A DNA stretch of 64,000 nt from a bacterium. GTDB lineage: Bacteria; Patescibacteriota; Minisyncoccia; Moranbacterales; UBA2206. The notes below the pieces were generated by a model, which saw only the letters and a list, made by a program, of their open reading frames with translations, searched no databases and was not told the DNA's origin. Shown here piece by piece: positions 47,246 through 57,665 of the stretch. The stretch is from contig JAYSLY010000007.1 in the NCBI GenBank assembly GCA_043725085.1, forward strand, positions 1,471 through 65,470, written 5' to 3'. Position 1 is the first letter of the stretch. Every line of letters starts with the position of its first letter. Both the position numbers and the translations under genes were made by a program.

Positions 47246-48394
47246 TTAGAGGGTTATGCGATAGAGTTTTCCGTCTATTCTGTTTGTGAAAAACAAAATA
47301 CTTTCGTTAATGTCCAGAAAGGGATTTGCCGCGTCATATTTTTCGGTGATTTTATTTAAATCAATGATGCGATTTTTTTCTCCGGTGGTTGTGTTAATTT
47401 TCCAAAATGTATCGGTAGTGTGGAATTTTTCTTGGTCGTAGTCATTTGGCATGATGGCAGACGCGGGGACTTCTCCGGGCATTGCGCAATAAACAGTCAC
47501 ATTATCCTTGGCCCATGTGCATTTGGAGGTAAGTGAGGGAAAATCGAGATTCTTAAATTCACCGCCATTGGAATTGATCGTGGCAAGTTGGATTTTTGTG
47601 GAGCCTTTAGTGTCGGAATAGCTGACAAGAGCCATTGTTCCATCTTTATTCCAAAGATAGTCTGCTCCGAAAATGCCTTTTAGAAGGCTTTTTTCTTCCC
47701 CGCCAATTAGGGGAACTGATTTTAGGGTGGTTTCAAAGAAAGAATCGGGCTTGTTCCAAAAAGAAACTAAGCTACTTTTCGGGATTTGCGCAATCGAAAC
47801 ATTGCGAAAATCGATATCAGCCAATTTTGTCCAATTGGTTCCGTCCGGATCAGAGATGTTTAGGGTTCTTTTTTTGGTGGCAGCGTCGTAGTATTTGTAG
47901 AAAATACGGTTACTGCTATTTTGCCAGGCGATTTCGTCTACATTTTTCTTAAGCGGTGTGCTTTGTAGCGTGGTGTAGTCGTAGGAATAAAACTTTGTCG
48001 CTCCGGCACTCATAAATTTTGTGATTACTTTATTTTTGTCCGGTGACCACGAAACATCAGAAATCCCAATTAGCTCTTTGTCGGAAAAGGTTCTTTTGTT
48101 GTTGCCATCAAAATCAATCTGGTAGACTCGCCCGCTATTTTTGGAATAATATTTGATAGCATCACTGCCGCTGGCAAGTGTCGGGGAAAGCACGGCTTCA
48201 TCGGAAATGGCGGTTATGGGGTCGGTGCTGACCTTTGGTGGAATCTGGGGAGCGACAATTGTCGGAGCTTTTATTTCCGGGGCCTGAGCGACTTCCGTTG
48301 GTTTTCTAAACGCTAAATTATAGACACCAAAAAACAGCAGTGCAACGCAAAAAAGCGCAAGAGAAATAAAAAAGATTTTTTTGTTGAGAGGCAT
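47246..48394 (-). CDS. Membrane-anchored beta-propeller (TolB-like) protein
   Basis: N-terminal TM, Pro-rich linker, repeated WSPD / WQN / WNKD blade motifs. Confidence 0.65.
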   Translation of the reverse strand: MPLNKKIFFISLALFCVALLFFGVYNLAFRKPTEVAQAPEIKAPTIVAPQIPPKVSTDPITAISDEAVLSPTLASGSDAIKYYSKNSGRVYQIDFDGNNKRTFSDKELIGISDVSWSPDKNKVITKFMSAGATKFYSYDYTTLQSTPLKKNVDEIAWQNSSNRIFYKYYDAATKKRTLNISDPDGTNWTKLADIDFRNVSIAQIPKSSLVSFWNKPDSFFETTLKSVPLIGGEEKSLLKGIFGADYLWNKDGTMALVSYSDTKGSTKIQLATINSNGGEFKNLDFPSLTSKCTWAKDNVTVYCAMPGEVPASAIMPNDYDQEKFHTTDTFWKINTTTGEKNRIIDLNKITEKYDAANPFLDINESILFFTNRIDGKLYRITL

Positions 48395-48412
48395 GGATTA
48401 GATTAGTTTAAT

Positions 48413-49279
48413 TTAATATCCTCGTTGACAATTATTGGTGCTGACATGCACATGATTTGCTTCACTTGACTCATCTTTGATGGATTTGTCTGATATGCCA
48501 CATTCTTTGGCAGCAGTCGTTATGTTTCCGACAGTTAAGCCTGTTGTGGTGGAAATGTCGACTGCTTCTGATTTTCCTCCGGCCACACCTCCATAATGGC
48601 AAGAACCTTTTTCGTGAGCACATGGCGGTTTGGCGTAGCCGGTGCCGCTGCACTTATCTAGTCCAGCGCTATCTGAAATGGAATTGATGGTCATTTTTGA
48701 TCCGAGCTTGTTTCTCAGACAAACAATGAGTGTTTGCAAAGAAGAAGACGCATCGCCCATTTGAGAATCAATGCCTGATTGAAATTTGAAATTTTCTTTG
48801 GAATAGCCGGATATTGGCGCTTCAGTGGAGGGAGTCAGGGAGCCAACGGATGAGCTGGTGGTTGAGCAAGAAAAGCTGGTCCAGCTTTTTCCTTCAATGC
48901 CAAAGGCACCTTTATCGCCTTCTTTTTTAGCGGAAAATACCCAAAAAACAGTGTTGATAATGAGCCAGGCACCAAGCATTAAGGAAAATCCAATCACAAC
49001 ACTTTGGATAAAACCTTTGGCTTTTGTGGCAAAAGTAGGGTCACCGGAGGAAACGACATACATGATGCCGGCGATGGATATGCCGGTTATGGAAATGGTT
49101 ACAATTATTTTCATTCCCCAATTGATGAGACCTTGAATTCCGATGAGAAAATGACAAAGCGTGCATGGGTCGGTTGCGCCAAGGCCGCAAGGAACGAGTC
49201 CACTGGCGGCATTAGCTTGAGAAAAGGTAAGAAGGAAAAGAGAGAAGCTGAAAAATAGAAAGAGGATTTTTTTTAGCAT
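48413..49279 (-). CDS. VirB2/TrbC-like pilin domain fused to a putative LAS/M15-type metallopeptidase domain
   Basis: Signal peptide, LVPCG..CTLCH, two hydrophobic helices around 'AGIMYVVSSGD...KAK'; C-terminal SCHYGG...AVDIS...NHVHVS. Confidence 0.7.
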   Translation of the reverse strand: MLKKILFLFFSFSLFLLTFSQANAASGLVPCGLGATDPCTLCHFLIGIQGLINWGMKIIVTISITGISIAGIMYVVSSGDPTFATKAKGFIQSVVIGFSLMLGAWLIINTVFWVFSAKKEGDKGAFGIEGKSWTSFSCSTTSSSVGSLTPSTEAPISGYSKENFKFQSGIDSQMGDASSSLQTLIVCLRNKLGSKMTINSISDSAGLDKCSGTGYAKPPCAHEKGSCHYGGVAGGKSEAVDISTTTGLTVGNITTAAKECGISDKSIKDESSEANHVHVSTNNCQRGY

Positions 49280-49291
49280 AAAATTTTTTAA

Positions 49292-49741
49292 TTATCTGGG
49301 AAAAGCTTTTCCGTTGGGGCAAAAGCTGAGACCAAATTCTTGCCCGGCTAAATTATCATTGGCGAAACTGGAAACACGCAGGGAAACATTTAGTGAGCAG
49401 GCTTGGTTTTGGGTTATGTTGAGTAATTGCAAGAAAGCCGCTTCCGCCTTTATTCTGGCTGATGTAATATCTGCGCCTTTAATGTCAATCAGAAAACTTC
49501 TATCTTTGGTGCCAAAATCAAAATAGACGATATCATAGTCGGAAGTGCTTTGCGCTAGTGTATCTTGCGGAGACAATTTTTTCGCTTCAGGTGTCGTTTT
49601 TATGTTGTTGATTGGAAGGCTGCCCTGGGTGGTTTGGACTGAAATAGTTGCTCCTTCCTTGGGAAAAAACACAGAATAAAGCCAATAAGAGGCAATAATA
49701 ATTAGCACGATACCAACAATGACGTAGATATTTTTTTTCAT
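49292..49741 (-). CDS. Membrane-anchored hypothetical protein
   Basis: N-terminal TM; C-terminal Cys pair (AC...FCP). Confidence 0.75.
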   Translation of the reverse strand: MKKNIYVIVGIVLIIIASYWLYSVFFPKEGATISVQTTQGSLPINNIKTTPEAKKLSPQDTLAQSTSDYDIVYFDFGTKDRSFLIDIKGADITSARIKAEAAFLQLLNITQNQACSLNVSLRVSSFANDNLAGQEFGLSFCPNGKAFPR

Positions 49742-49771
49742 AGCAGTAAGGTTATAATTTAATTTTTTTGT

Positions 49772-50869
49772 TTATAGCCCGCATTTATTGGCTGTGTTTA
49801 CCCAAGGGCTTGTATTGGAACCATTAGAGCCACTACTTGGCAAGTTGCAAGCGGCTGTGATGTTCATTTGACCATTTTTCAGTTTATTAAGACATTCTGT
49901 GTATTTTGCCATGTCCTTAACTTCGCAATCGCGCTTTTTGCAATAGGATAATCCGCTAGAATTAGTGACTGTTTCCAGGCAGGTGCCTTGAGGTCCACTA
50001 CCATTTACAGTGAAAATATCAGATCCTTTGCATCCGATAGATCCAGCGCTCGTGATCATATTTATTTGAAATAAGCCAATTGAAAATGCGTTTCCATCTT
50101 TGCATCTGTCAGTGCAATTGTCTGTGGTACTCGCGCATTTATTTGGGTTTCCATTCGATTCGACACTGCAAATTTTTGACATTTTTTCAGCATTTGATCC
50201 AAAGCAACCAGTTTGCAGATTAGTTATGGTGCAATCTCCCCCGGGTACTGGTGTGCAAGTTCCTGTACTGGTTCCGTTATTGCCAGTATTGCTACTACTA
50301 TTACTACCAGTAGTGTCATAGTTATTACCGCCGATTTGCACTAGAGCGGGGTTGATTGTATAGAGAAGGATGTATGACGTGAGAGCGAGGATTACTCCGG
50401 CAATCGCATCAACGATGTAGCCCTTGGCAGTGCCCATTGTGCTGGTATTTCCGCCACTTGTGATATACATGAAAGCACCGATAGAGATCATAAGCATAGC
50501 GGCGATGCCAACGGTCCAGAGGCCAAACTGATAAAGTTGCAAAATATATGCGGTACTATCCCCGGTTTTAGGGAATCCGGGAATTGCTTCCATGGGGACA
50601 TAGGGGAAGGCTTGTTGTGGTTGGTTTTGTGTTGTAGTTGCTGGCTTCTGGTATTGTTTGCATCCAGAGATAGTGGCACATGTCCCTGTTGTTTTTGAGC
50701 TATACCCAGATTGGCAACCAGTGGAAGAATTGCTATCAATGCAAACATCTCCAGTGCTAGGAACGCAACACCAGGGAGTGCTTGATTCTGCATAAGCATT
50801 TTTGACTAGAAAAAAATCAAAAAGTAAAACCGCAGCCAGGATTAAGGATAATTTTAGGTTATTTTTCAT
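49772..50869 (-). CDS. VirB2-like pilin domain fused to a lysozyme-like / lytic transglycosylase domain
   Basis: Pilin helices 'GAFMYITSGGN...AKGYIVDAIAGVILAL..YILLYTINP'; C-terminal CSVESNGNP...SIGLFQIN...PW. Confidence 0.72.
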   Translation of the reverse strand: MKNNLKLSLILAAVLLFDFFLVKNAYAESSTPWCCVPSTGDVCIDSNSSTGCQSGYSSKTTGTCATISGCKQYQKPATTTQNQPQQAFPYVPMEAIPGFPKTGDSTAYILQLYQFGLWTVGIAAMLMISIGAFMYITSGGNTSTMGTAKGYIVDAIAGVILALTSYILLYTINPALVQIGGNNYDTTGSNSSSNTGNNGTSTGTCTPVPGGDCTITNLQTGCFGSNAEKMSKICSVESNGNPNKCASTTDNCTDRCKDGNAFSIGLFQINMITSAGSIGCKGSDIFTVNGSGPQGTCLETVTNSSGLSYCKKRDCEVKDMAKYTECLNKLKNGQMNITAACNLPSSGSNGSNTSPWVNTANKCGL

Positions 50870-50884
50870 TTATATATCTCTGTT

Positions 50885-53761
50885 TTAAAATTCATCGAAC
50901 GTTCTTTTTGGTAGCACGAAAAAAATGATTTTTATGGCGAGAATGATAGCGAGTCCGGAAAGGGCCATGCGGAAAAGAAAGGCGAAATAGCTGGGGATGC
51001 CGGAAGAAACAGTCGCAAGAACTTTTCCGGGTGAAGTTTCTTTTTGAGAAAGCGTTGTGTCATTGCTTACCATTTCAATTTCAATGTTATGCGTCAATTT
51101 CTTCTCATAGAATTCATTATAGGTGACATCCCAATATTTGTTAAGCATTTGGCGCATCGAGTTGGTGGGTGTGAAGGTGGTGGAGAGAGAGATGATATAT
51201 TTTTCACCAACATTTTTTGGCGGAAGGGTTAATCTTCCAAAGTGCGCCGTGTCAATCATGTATCCATAGTTCCTGGCATTGTCGGCGTTGATAGTTGTGC
51301 CATCAATATTCCATTGATAGGGACAATTTGATGATTGACCGGCAGTGTCATTGAAATTTTCTGTTCCAACTGTTCCGGAAAAGACAGGTGTTAGCACTAT
51401 ATTATTTCCCGTTCGTGCCTGAAAACTTGTGTCGCTGTGATCAGGATAGGACGTGTTGTTGAAATCTTTATATTCCCCCAAAACTAAACCGAGACAAGTT
51501 GGCTTGCCCGAAGTGTCCTGGTTATCCTTTCCTTCCGGCACAATTTTTACGTCCGGCGATGAGATTTTGAAAACTTTGCTTAGATCGATTCTTTTTCCGG
51601 TTGTTTTGTTGAGTGCGGACAGGCTGATATTATATTGATCACCAATGTTTTTTAGGACAGGAAAATAGATGGTAGTTCCTGTTTTGCCACTAGCATCAAA
51701 ACAGTCTTTGAAATGTTCGTCAGCGCAAGTCAATGGCGCTCCGTCAACTGTCCAAAGAAAATCAGTGTAGGTTGGGTTTGCTGCAGTTCCATTGTCAATT
51801 TTCATTCCAATCAGTTCATCTTTTGCTACTTCGCAGACTGCTGCTGGCACCGGGCTAGTTGTTATTGAGCCATCGGATTTTTTTTCCGGTATGTCTGCAA
51901 GGCATCTTTCATCACTGGTTCCGCTGGCGTTAATTTCTGCGGTAGGCGTTGCATCGGATTGATTGAGGTAGACAAGGCCTGCTGTATAAACCTTAATATA
52001 TTCTCCGGAGGAAGAAATTGGCGTGGTGATGTCGGCGTGACCTTCTCTTTCCGCTCCTCCTCCGGCGAGAGTTTCTTTTACAGTCACTTTTACTTTGAGA
52101 TATTTTTTCGGGCTTGGGAAATTTAAATTGAATTTAAGTGTATTAATCCCCAATCCGGAGGTTTGCGTGGATCCATCTAGGGCAGTTTTTGGAAGTGGAT
52201 TTCCCCAGTCGTCCGGATTTGCTTCATCGCTGGCATAAACTTCCCATGTGTAGCTGAGGTAGGCGGCGTTGTTGGCGTTAGGAACTGAAGCGGTGAGGCT
52301 GAGCGTATCACCGTTTTTACTGGAAGAGGTATCGTTGATTGGATTTTCCGGTAAATATTTGAGTGAAACGTCAAGTTTTTCTTTCGCGCCTCCTCCCTCG
52401 GTGGGTGTTACGAGATTTTCATAAAGACAATCATTCAAGTTATTAATATCAAAATTAGTCATTTTGATTGACTTGTATTCATCGGCTCCTGAGCAGCCGG
52501 TAGTGCCACTTTCCAGTTCGCTCGGAGAGCAGGTGTGGCTTGTGATTGTTTCATTCAGTTGAGTCTCGCTCAGTAATTGTGGGTCTGTACCGACATAGGT
52601 CACGACAGTGTGGATGGTGGTAGTTGTTCTGATTGTGGCATTGTCATTAACTTGGTTTGTGTTAGGAGCAATATCCTCAACTGTTTTTGTGGAAATGGTT
52701 GTGGTGTAGTCTGTGGCGGCGGGAGGCGGAACGCTTGTGCTTCCGGAAATTGCTTTTGTGTTTGGGTAGGTCGTGGTGGTGTCTTCGGTTGTTTTTGGAT
52801 AATCGGAATTACCTGTGCCTGCTTTGATATTATTTTTGTCGCCACATGTATTTTTAGTGAATGCCCACATAGTTTCATAGGATGAGTCAGATATTTGGGT
52901 TGGTTGAATTGAAACGCCTTCTACGGCAACGCCGACCTGATCTCCTGCCGAATAGGAAAAGGAAAAAACATTTTCACCTAAGCCAACAATATTGGCTTCA
53001 TCGGGATGGCCTGTTCCGGCCGTGTCTTTATTTTTTGGATTAGTGTGCCAAAATTTTTCCTCGTTAGCGTCAAATTCATTATCACCGGTTGTATGTCCGG
53101 GAGCGTTGGGGAAAAGATGGTGGCACGCTATTTCATTGTCATCGCCACTTTTAACATCATGCACGAAGCAGTGTTCTTTTTTACCTCGTTGGTCATCTCC
53201 GCCAAAAGGGGCACTGTATCCATCATTGTCAGTGTCACTGGAGTAATCGGCGTTTTGCCAGTCGAAATCATTACTAGCCAGTATTCGCATAGCTTTCATT
53301 TTGTAGTCTTCGATATCAACCTCACCGTCTCCATTGAGATCACAGGCCTTAAAATCATCACTTTTTTTGTAGTCAGAAGTGTATTTGTCGTGGTCTAGTT
53401 TGTCATCAAAGCATCTGGCGCTTTTGATATACCACGTGAAATAGAGGTTTTCCGGCATATTCATGAAGTAGGATGGCGTGGTGGTGACAGTCACTTTTTC
53501 CCCCGGCACTGGGTCGACCGGATCAAAGGTGAGTGAAACAGTGGGGGGCGTGACTTTTTTTCTGGCAACATTGACTGATTTCATCGTGTTTTGTATCTCG
53601 TCTTTGTTGACACCAAAAGCGCCCATGACGGTGTCCATAAGCGCCATTGGATTACCCAAGGCAACGCCCAATAGATCGGCGTGAGCCGGCGCGGCGGTCA
53701 GTGAAAAAATATTGATGATAACCAAAAAAGTGATTATGGCTTTTTTAATTCTTGTTTTCAT
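50885..53761 (-). CDS. Large surface protein (signal peptide, Ig-like and Asp-rich Ca-binding segments, C-terminal TM)
   Basis: ATG at 53761 is ATGA-coupled to the upstream stop; DLNGDGEVD and DTDNDG motifs, Thr-rich linker. Confidence 0.75.
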   Translation of the reverse strand: MKTRIKKAIITFLVIINIFSLTAAPAHADLLGVALGNPMALMDTVMGAFGVNKDEIQNTMKSVNVARKKVTPPTVSLTFDPVDPVPGEKVTVTTTPSYFMNMPENLYFTWYIKSARCFDDKLDHDKYTSDYKKSDDFKACDLNGDGEVDIEDYKMKAMRILASNDFDWQNADYSSDTDNDGYSAPFGGDDQRGKKEHCFVHDVKSGDDNEIACHHLFPNAPGHTTGDNEFDANEEKFWHTNPKNKDTAGTGHPDEANIVGLGENVFSFSYSAGDQVGVAVEGVSIQPTQISDSSYETMWAFTKNTCGDKNNIKAGTGNSDYPKTTEDTTTTYPNTKAISGSTSVPPPAATDYTTTISTKTVEDIAPNTNQVNDNATIRTTTTIHTVVTYVGTDPQLLSETQLNETITSHTCSPSELESGTTGCSGADEYKSIKMTNFDINNLNDCLYENLVTPTEGGGAKEKLDVSLKYLPENPINDTSSSKNGDTLSLTASVPNANNAAYLSYTWEVYASDEANPDDWGNPLPKTALDGSTQTSGLGINTLKFNLNFPSPKKYLKVKVTVKETLAGGGAEREGHADITTPISSSGEYIKVYTAGLVYLNQSDATPTAEINASGTSDERCLADIPEKKSDGSITTSPVPAAVCEVAKDELIGMKIDNGTAANPTYTDFLWTVDGAPLTCADEHFKDCFDASGKTGTTIYFPVLKNIGDQYNISLSALNKTTGKRIDLSKVFKISSPDVKIVPEGKDNQDTSGKPTCLGLVLGEYKDFNNTSYPDHSDTSFQARTGNNIVLTPVFSGTVGTENFNDTAGQSSNCPYQWNIDGTTINADNARNYGYMIDTAHFGRLTLPPKNVGEKYIISLSTTFTPTNSMRQMLNKYWDVTYNEFYEKKLTHNIEIEMVSNDTTLSQKETSPGKVLATVSSGIPSYFAFLFRMALSGLAIILAIKIIFFVLPKRTFDEF

Positions 53762-54420
53762 TTCGTAAGATAAATAATATACGCGTCTAGGAATATTATA
53801 ACAAAAATACTCATAAAATACGAATAGAAAAATGATTTTGTTTTGTAGGCAAGAAATCCTGCGGTGACTGAGAGTAGGACAAGTGAGGCTGATTGCCAAG
53901 AAAGGGCTTTAGTAAAAAAAAGTAGCGTGAAAAATAGAATTGCTTGCACAGCAATTGCCCAATGTTTGAATTTTTTTTGCAAAACAGAAAGGAGAAAGCC
54001 TTGGAAGAAAAAACTGGAAGCAAAAACTGTGAAATTGACGATTAATAATTCATAGGCTAAAAATAGCCAAAAATTGTTTTTTATGTAATCTGATAATGTG
54101 TAGTTAGCCTTAAATTGGGTGTAATTTAGCATTAAATACAGTAAAAAAAGTGTAAAAAGTGCGGTGATTGCTCCCCAAGCCAGAGAAGTTATTGGATTTT
54201 TCAGATTGCAGCCAAAATCGGCGAGATCTTTTTTCAGAATAATTTTTACATAAGCAATCGGGAGAAGAATGAGAAAAAATAAGTTTTTTGTGATAGTTTG
54301 TACGGAGTTTTGGGTGGGAAAAACAGCGCTGGAGAAAAGACAAATGAGCGCCAGACCAAAACCGACCAGCAGTTCTTGGTTATCTTTCAAAAAATTTCGT
54401 GGTGTTTTTTGGCGGTACAT
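53758..54420 (-). CDS. CPBP/Abi-like multi-TM protein lacking the catalytic EE motif
   Basis: LADFG, 'ASSFFFQGFLL' in place of EEFFFRG, 'AYKTKSFFYS'. Confidence 0.55.
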   Translation of the reverse strand: MYRQKTPRNFLKDNQELLVGFGLALICLFSSAVFPTQNSVQTITKNLFFLILLPIAYVKIILKKDLADFGCNLKNPITSLAWGAITALFTLFLLYLMLNYTQFKANYTLSDYIKNNFWLFLAYELLIVNFTVFASSFFFQGFLLSVLQKKFKHWAIAVQAILFFTLLFFTKALSWQSASLVLLSVTAGFLAYKTKSFFYSYFMSIFVIIFLDAYIIYLTK

Positions 54421-54436
54421 ATAAGTTAATGCTGCG

Positions 54437-55006
54437 CTAGTCTTGGTAGGCGTAGGCAGCTGTCATTCGGGCGGCTTCTCTTTGTTCTTCTGCGGCGGCT
54501 TCTCTTCTGTTTTTTAGGATTAAAATAAAAATAACAAATGTCGTGATTGTTTCCAGGGGAAGAAAGTCTATGATAGGCAGCATTTCAAGAACGGTGCCGG
54601 CAATGAGAACTTTCCATTTATCAGGAGTAAAAATACTTTTTATCATGGATCTTTTCTTGCTTTGGCGCAACCCGGCACCGCAAAGAAGCATAGCCGCCCA
54701 GGTAATAATTCCGGCCATAAAGGCTGTAACTACGCCAAGAAGCTGTAGGCCAGGAACGGCATTTGCGACAAAATCGACAATGTCTTTCAGGAGAGAGCTC
54801 ATTATGGCAATGGCAAAAAAGAAATCTGTGAGCTGGATAAATTTTCTAAGATGTTCGGTGTCGGTAACTTCGGCTTCTCTGGCGATTTCATTGGCTAGTT
54901 TTCCTAGACTCTTTTTTTGCTTATTAACTTCAAGCTCTCTCTTTTTTTCTGCATCAGCCGCTCTTTGCGCCTCTAGGCGTTGTTGGTTTTCTTCTTCTTT
55001 TGACAT
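54437..55006 (-). CDS. Membrane protein of the T4SS-like cluster
   Basis: Hydrophobic helices; LEMLPIIDFLP motif. Confidence 0.7.
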   Translation of the reverse strand: MSKEEENQQRLEAQRAADAEKKRELEVNKQKKSLGKLANEIAREAEVTDTEHLRKFIQLTDFFFAIAIMSSLLKDIVDFVANAVPGLQLLGVVTAFMAGIITWAAMLLCGAGLRQSKKRSMIKSIFTPDKWKVLIAGTVLEMLPIIDFLPLETITTFVIFILILKNRREAAAEEQREAARMTAAYAYQD

Positions 55007-55052
55007 ATCGCATAATTTGAAATTTCAAATTTCAAATTTAAAATTATGGAGC

Positions 55053-56897
55053 TTATTCTTCCTCGCTAAATTCCTTCTTTGCCCTTTCGATGTCTAGCAG
55101 TTGCGACGGGTCGGTAGTGATGATTTGATCTTCAGAATAGGACGCAACGACTTTGATGGCGACGTGATTTGTGCCGGCAAAAAAGATGCCCTCTCCCACG
55201 TTGCTTTCGAGGAGCAAGAATTTTTCTTGATCAGTGAGATAGAATGTGTCAGAAATCACATCAATTCCGGCCGGCGATTGCTTGAGCAGGAGCTGCAAAG
55301 ACGAGTTGGTCACAATCGCTTTGCCATAGCGAGAAGAAAGAAAGTCGTTCACATCTTGTGTGATGGTGGTGAGTCCGGTGAAATATTTTCGGCAGCGCTT
55401 GGCGATACCAAAAAGGAAAGAAGCGGCGTCTTCATATTTCATCATTACCCAAGCTTCATCAACCAAAACTAGGCGCTTTTTCATGTTGGTGCGCATTTCA
55501 TTCCAGATAAATTGCAAGATGGTGTACATAGCAACCGGACGCAATTCCTCTTCCATATCGCGGATATTAAACACCACCAGCTGATTATCAACTTTAATGT
55601 TAGTGGCGTGATTGAGAAATCCGGCGAAAATTCCTTCGGTGTATTTTTCCAGGCGAACAGCCAAAACCTCTCCGCCGTCCAGGCTGCGCAAGACTTGATA
55701 GAGGTCGGACATTGTTGGGAAAGAATCTTTGCTTAAAGCATTTAAATCCGCTTCCGCAGTGATGTCTCTAATTGAATAAGTTTCGTGGATTGCTCGATCC
55801 AAAACAGAATCTTCTTCCGGAGTGATTGATCCGAGCATGATGTGGAGTAGTCCCAGGAGATTGGCAATGTTATTGCGCAAAATATCTTCCGGGTCATCAT
55901 CTTCTCCGACATGCGGCAGGTCAAAAGGATTGAGATGGTTGGTCGAATTGAGGGAAATCTTGATGAAAGTTCCTTCAACAGTGTCGCAGAGGTGACGGTA
56001 TTCATTTTCCGGGTCGATAATGATGACATCAGTGCCTACCATCATCGAACGCAAAACTTCCAACTTGACGGTATAACTTTTTCCCGCTCCAGACTTGGCA
56101 AAAACTACCATGTTAGCATTTTCCATTCCAAAACGGTCGAAAATAATCAAGCTGTTATTGTGGCGGTTAATGCCATAGAGGATTCCTGTATTAGATGAAA
56201 GAGTGGAAGAGACAAAAGGAAAGGTGGTGGAAAGCGGTGAGCTATTCATGTTTGTTCCCACGTCTAACTCGTCGTTGGCAAGGGGTAACGATGAGTTGAA
56301 GCCTTGTTCTGATTTGAAAACAGCCGGTTTGACATAGACTAATTGGGCTTCCAAAATAGCCTCAATGCTTTTTATGTTTTTCGTAACCGCTTCTTCGCTA
56401 TCGCCATAGGCGGTGATGTAGAGGGAAAAACGAAAAAATTTTTCTGTGCCTTGTTGCAGCTTATCTCTGAGTTCATCAATATCTTGTTGAGCGGTTTCCA
56501 GAGCGGGGTCTCTGATGAGGCCTTTGGTTTGTTCGATTTGAATCTGTGATTCAACTTGAGTGGCGCTTTTTTTCAAAGTTTTCAAAATATCATAGGTATC
56601 GACCGGATGAATAAACATGGAGATGTCAATCGGCATATCGATATTTATAATGGGAGAAAACCAATTACTGTGCAAATAGCGCGGATAGGCGATGATGAAG
56701 ATGGTTTGCGCAATCGTTTCTCCGATGCGAATCGATTTCGGCATAATTCTGATTGCGGCGGGAGCGATGATGTCGTTGAGCTTGGCCAGCCCTTCTTGAT
56801 AATATTTTTCCGATTCCAAAACCTCGTCTTGCGGTTTTGCGACTTTTTTTGCGGGAGCGGTTAGGCCCTCATCTTTTTTAGCGAATAAATTTAGCAT
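55053..56897 (-). CDS. VirB4/TraC-family secretion ATPase
   Basis: Walker A AKSGAGKS, IIDPENEY, NPFD, Walker B LVDEAW, RKY..TQD. Confidence 0.9.
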   Translation of the reverse strand: MLNLFAKKDEGLTAPAKKVAKPQDEVLESEKYYQEGLAKLNDIIAPAAIRIMPKSIRIGETIAQTIFIIAYPRYLHSNWFSPIINIDMPIDISMFIHPVDTYDILKTLKKSATQVESQIQIEQTKGLIRDPALETAQQDIDELRDKLQQGTEKFFRFSLYITAYGDSEEAVTKNIKSIEAILEAQLVYVKPAVFKSEQGFNSSLPLANDELDVGTNMNSSPLSTTFPFVSSTLSSNTGILYGINRHNNSLIIFDRFGMENANMVVFAKSGAGKSYTVKLEVLRSMMVGTDVIIIDPENEYRHLCDTVEGTFIKISLNSTNHLNPFDLPHVGEDDDPEDILRNNIANLLGLLHIMLGSITPEEDSVLDRAIHETYSIRDITAEADLNALSKDSFPTMSDLYQVLRSLDGGEVLAVRLEKYTEGIFAGFLNHATNIKVDNQLVVFNIRDMEEELRPVAMYTILQFIWNEMRTNMKKRLVLVDEAWVMMKYEDAASFLFGIAKRCRKYFTGLTTITQDVNDFLSSRYGKAIVTNSSLQLLLKQSPAGIDVISDTFYLTDQEKFLLLESNVGEGIFFAGTNHVAIKVVASYSEDQIITTDPSQLLDIERAKKEFSEEE

Positions 56898-56899
56898 GT

Positions 56900-56972
56900 A
56901 ATTGTGAATTTGAAATTTGAAGTTTTAAATTTAAAATGAAATCGAAATTACTAAATTTTAAATTGAAAATTT
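56900..56972. repeat. AATTTNA heptamer array
   Basis: AATTGTG AATTTGA AATTTGA AGTTTTA AATTTAA AATGA ...; same layout as 58069-58125. Confidence 0.7.
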
Positions 56973-57659
56973 TCATTTGAGTTCCATCTTCTCCGTATCG
57001 ATATAGCCTTTAGTGTCGAAGATGGTCGGATTGTAGGCATTAAACAGCAGTTCAATCAGCTCGGGGGTTTTCAGGGGAATGATTTTGACGCCAATGCCGG
57101 AAAGTCCGGCGGTGAGGTGATCGACTCTTTGATAAAGTTGGCTTTTGTATGTTTCAAATGTTTCTCTTTTTTCCAGGATGCTTCTTTTGGGATTCAGCAT
57201 GTTGGAAAGATTGCTCAGAAAACTTCTGTCTTGATTTTCCATGGGAGAAAATGGCACGACTATGTAGAAAGTTTTGTCCATAATGTCAGACATGGAGACC
57301 AATTGGGTGATAAAATTTTTATATTCTGAAATTTGCAAACGCATCAGTTCAGTTTTTTGTTGTTTTTCTTTGGTAGTTAGAAAATCAATATAGGTGTCGA
57401 TGTTCAATTTCCGTGAGCTAATAAGAACTTGCATCGGAAAGTCAACTGAGTTGAGGAAATTTTGATATTGGCTGATGATAGCTTCTTGTTCATCGGTGGC
57501 CTTGAGTTCAAAATTGATCGCGGAAACAGCTAAAACTGCCCTCATCGAGCCGTTTTTAAGCACAATCACATCTTCTTTGACTTCTGCCACATCAAGATAT
57601 TGCTGGGTCGGCGAAGCGGCGGATTGTTTGGCGAGCTTTTGAGAATATAGTTTTTCCAT
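56973..57659 (-). CDS. VirB4 N-terminal-like (split TraC) T4SS component
   Basis: VLAVSAINFELK..EQEAII..YQNFLNSVDFPMQ, FYIVVP; lies between prgI and virB4. Confidence 0.7.
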   Translation of the reverse strand: MEKLYSQKLAKQSAASPTQQYLDVAEVKEDVIVLKNGSMRAVLAVSAINFELKATDEQEAIISQYQNFLNSVDFPMQVLISSRKLNIDTYIDFLTTKEKQQKTELMRLQISEYKNFITQLVSMSDIMDKTFYIVVPFSPMENQDRSFLSNLSNMLNPKRSILEKRETFETYKSQLYQRVDHLTAGLSGIGVKIIPLKTPELIELLFNAYNPTIFDTKGYIDTEKMELK

Positions 57660-57665
57660 TGATTT

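Noticed and set aside
53762-53899. N-terminal extension of the 1004-aa ORF
   Set aside because: It overlaps the upstream gene; the signal peptide starts at ATG 53761.
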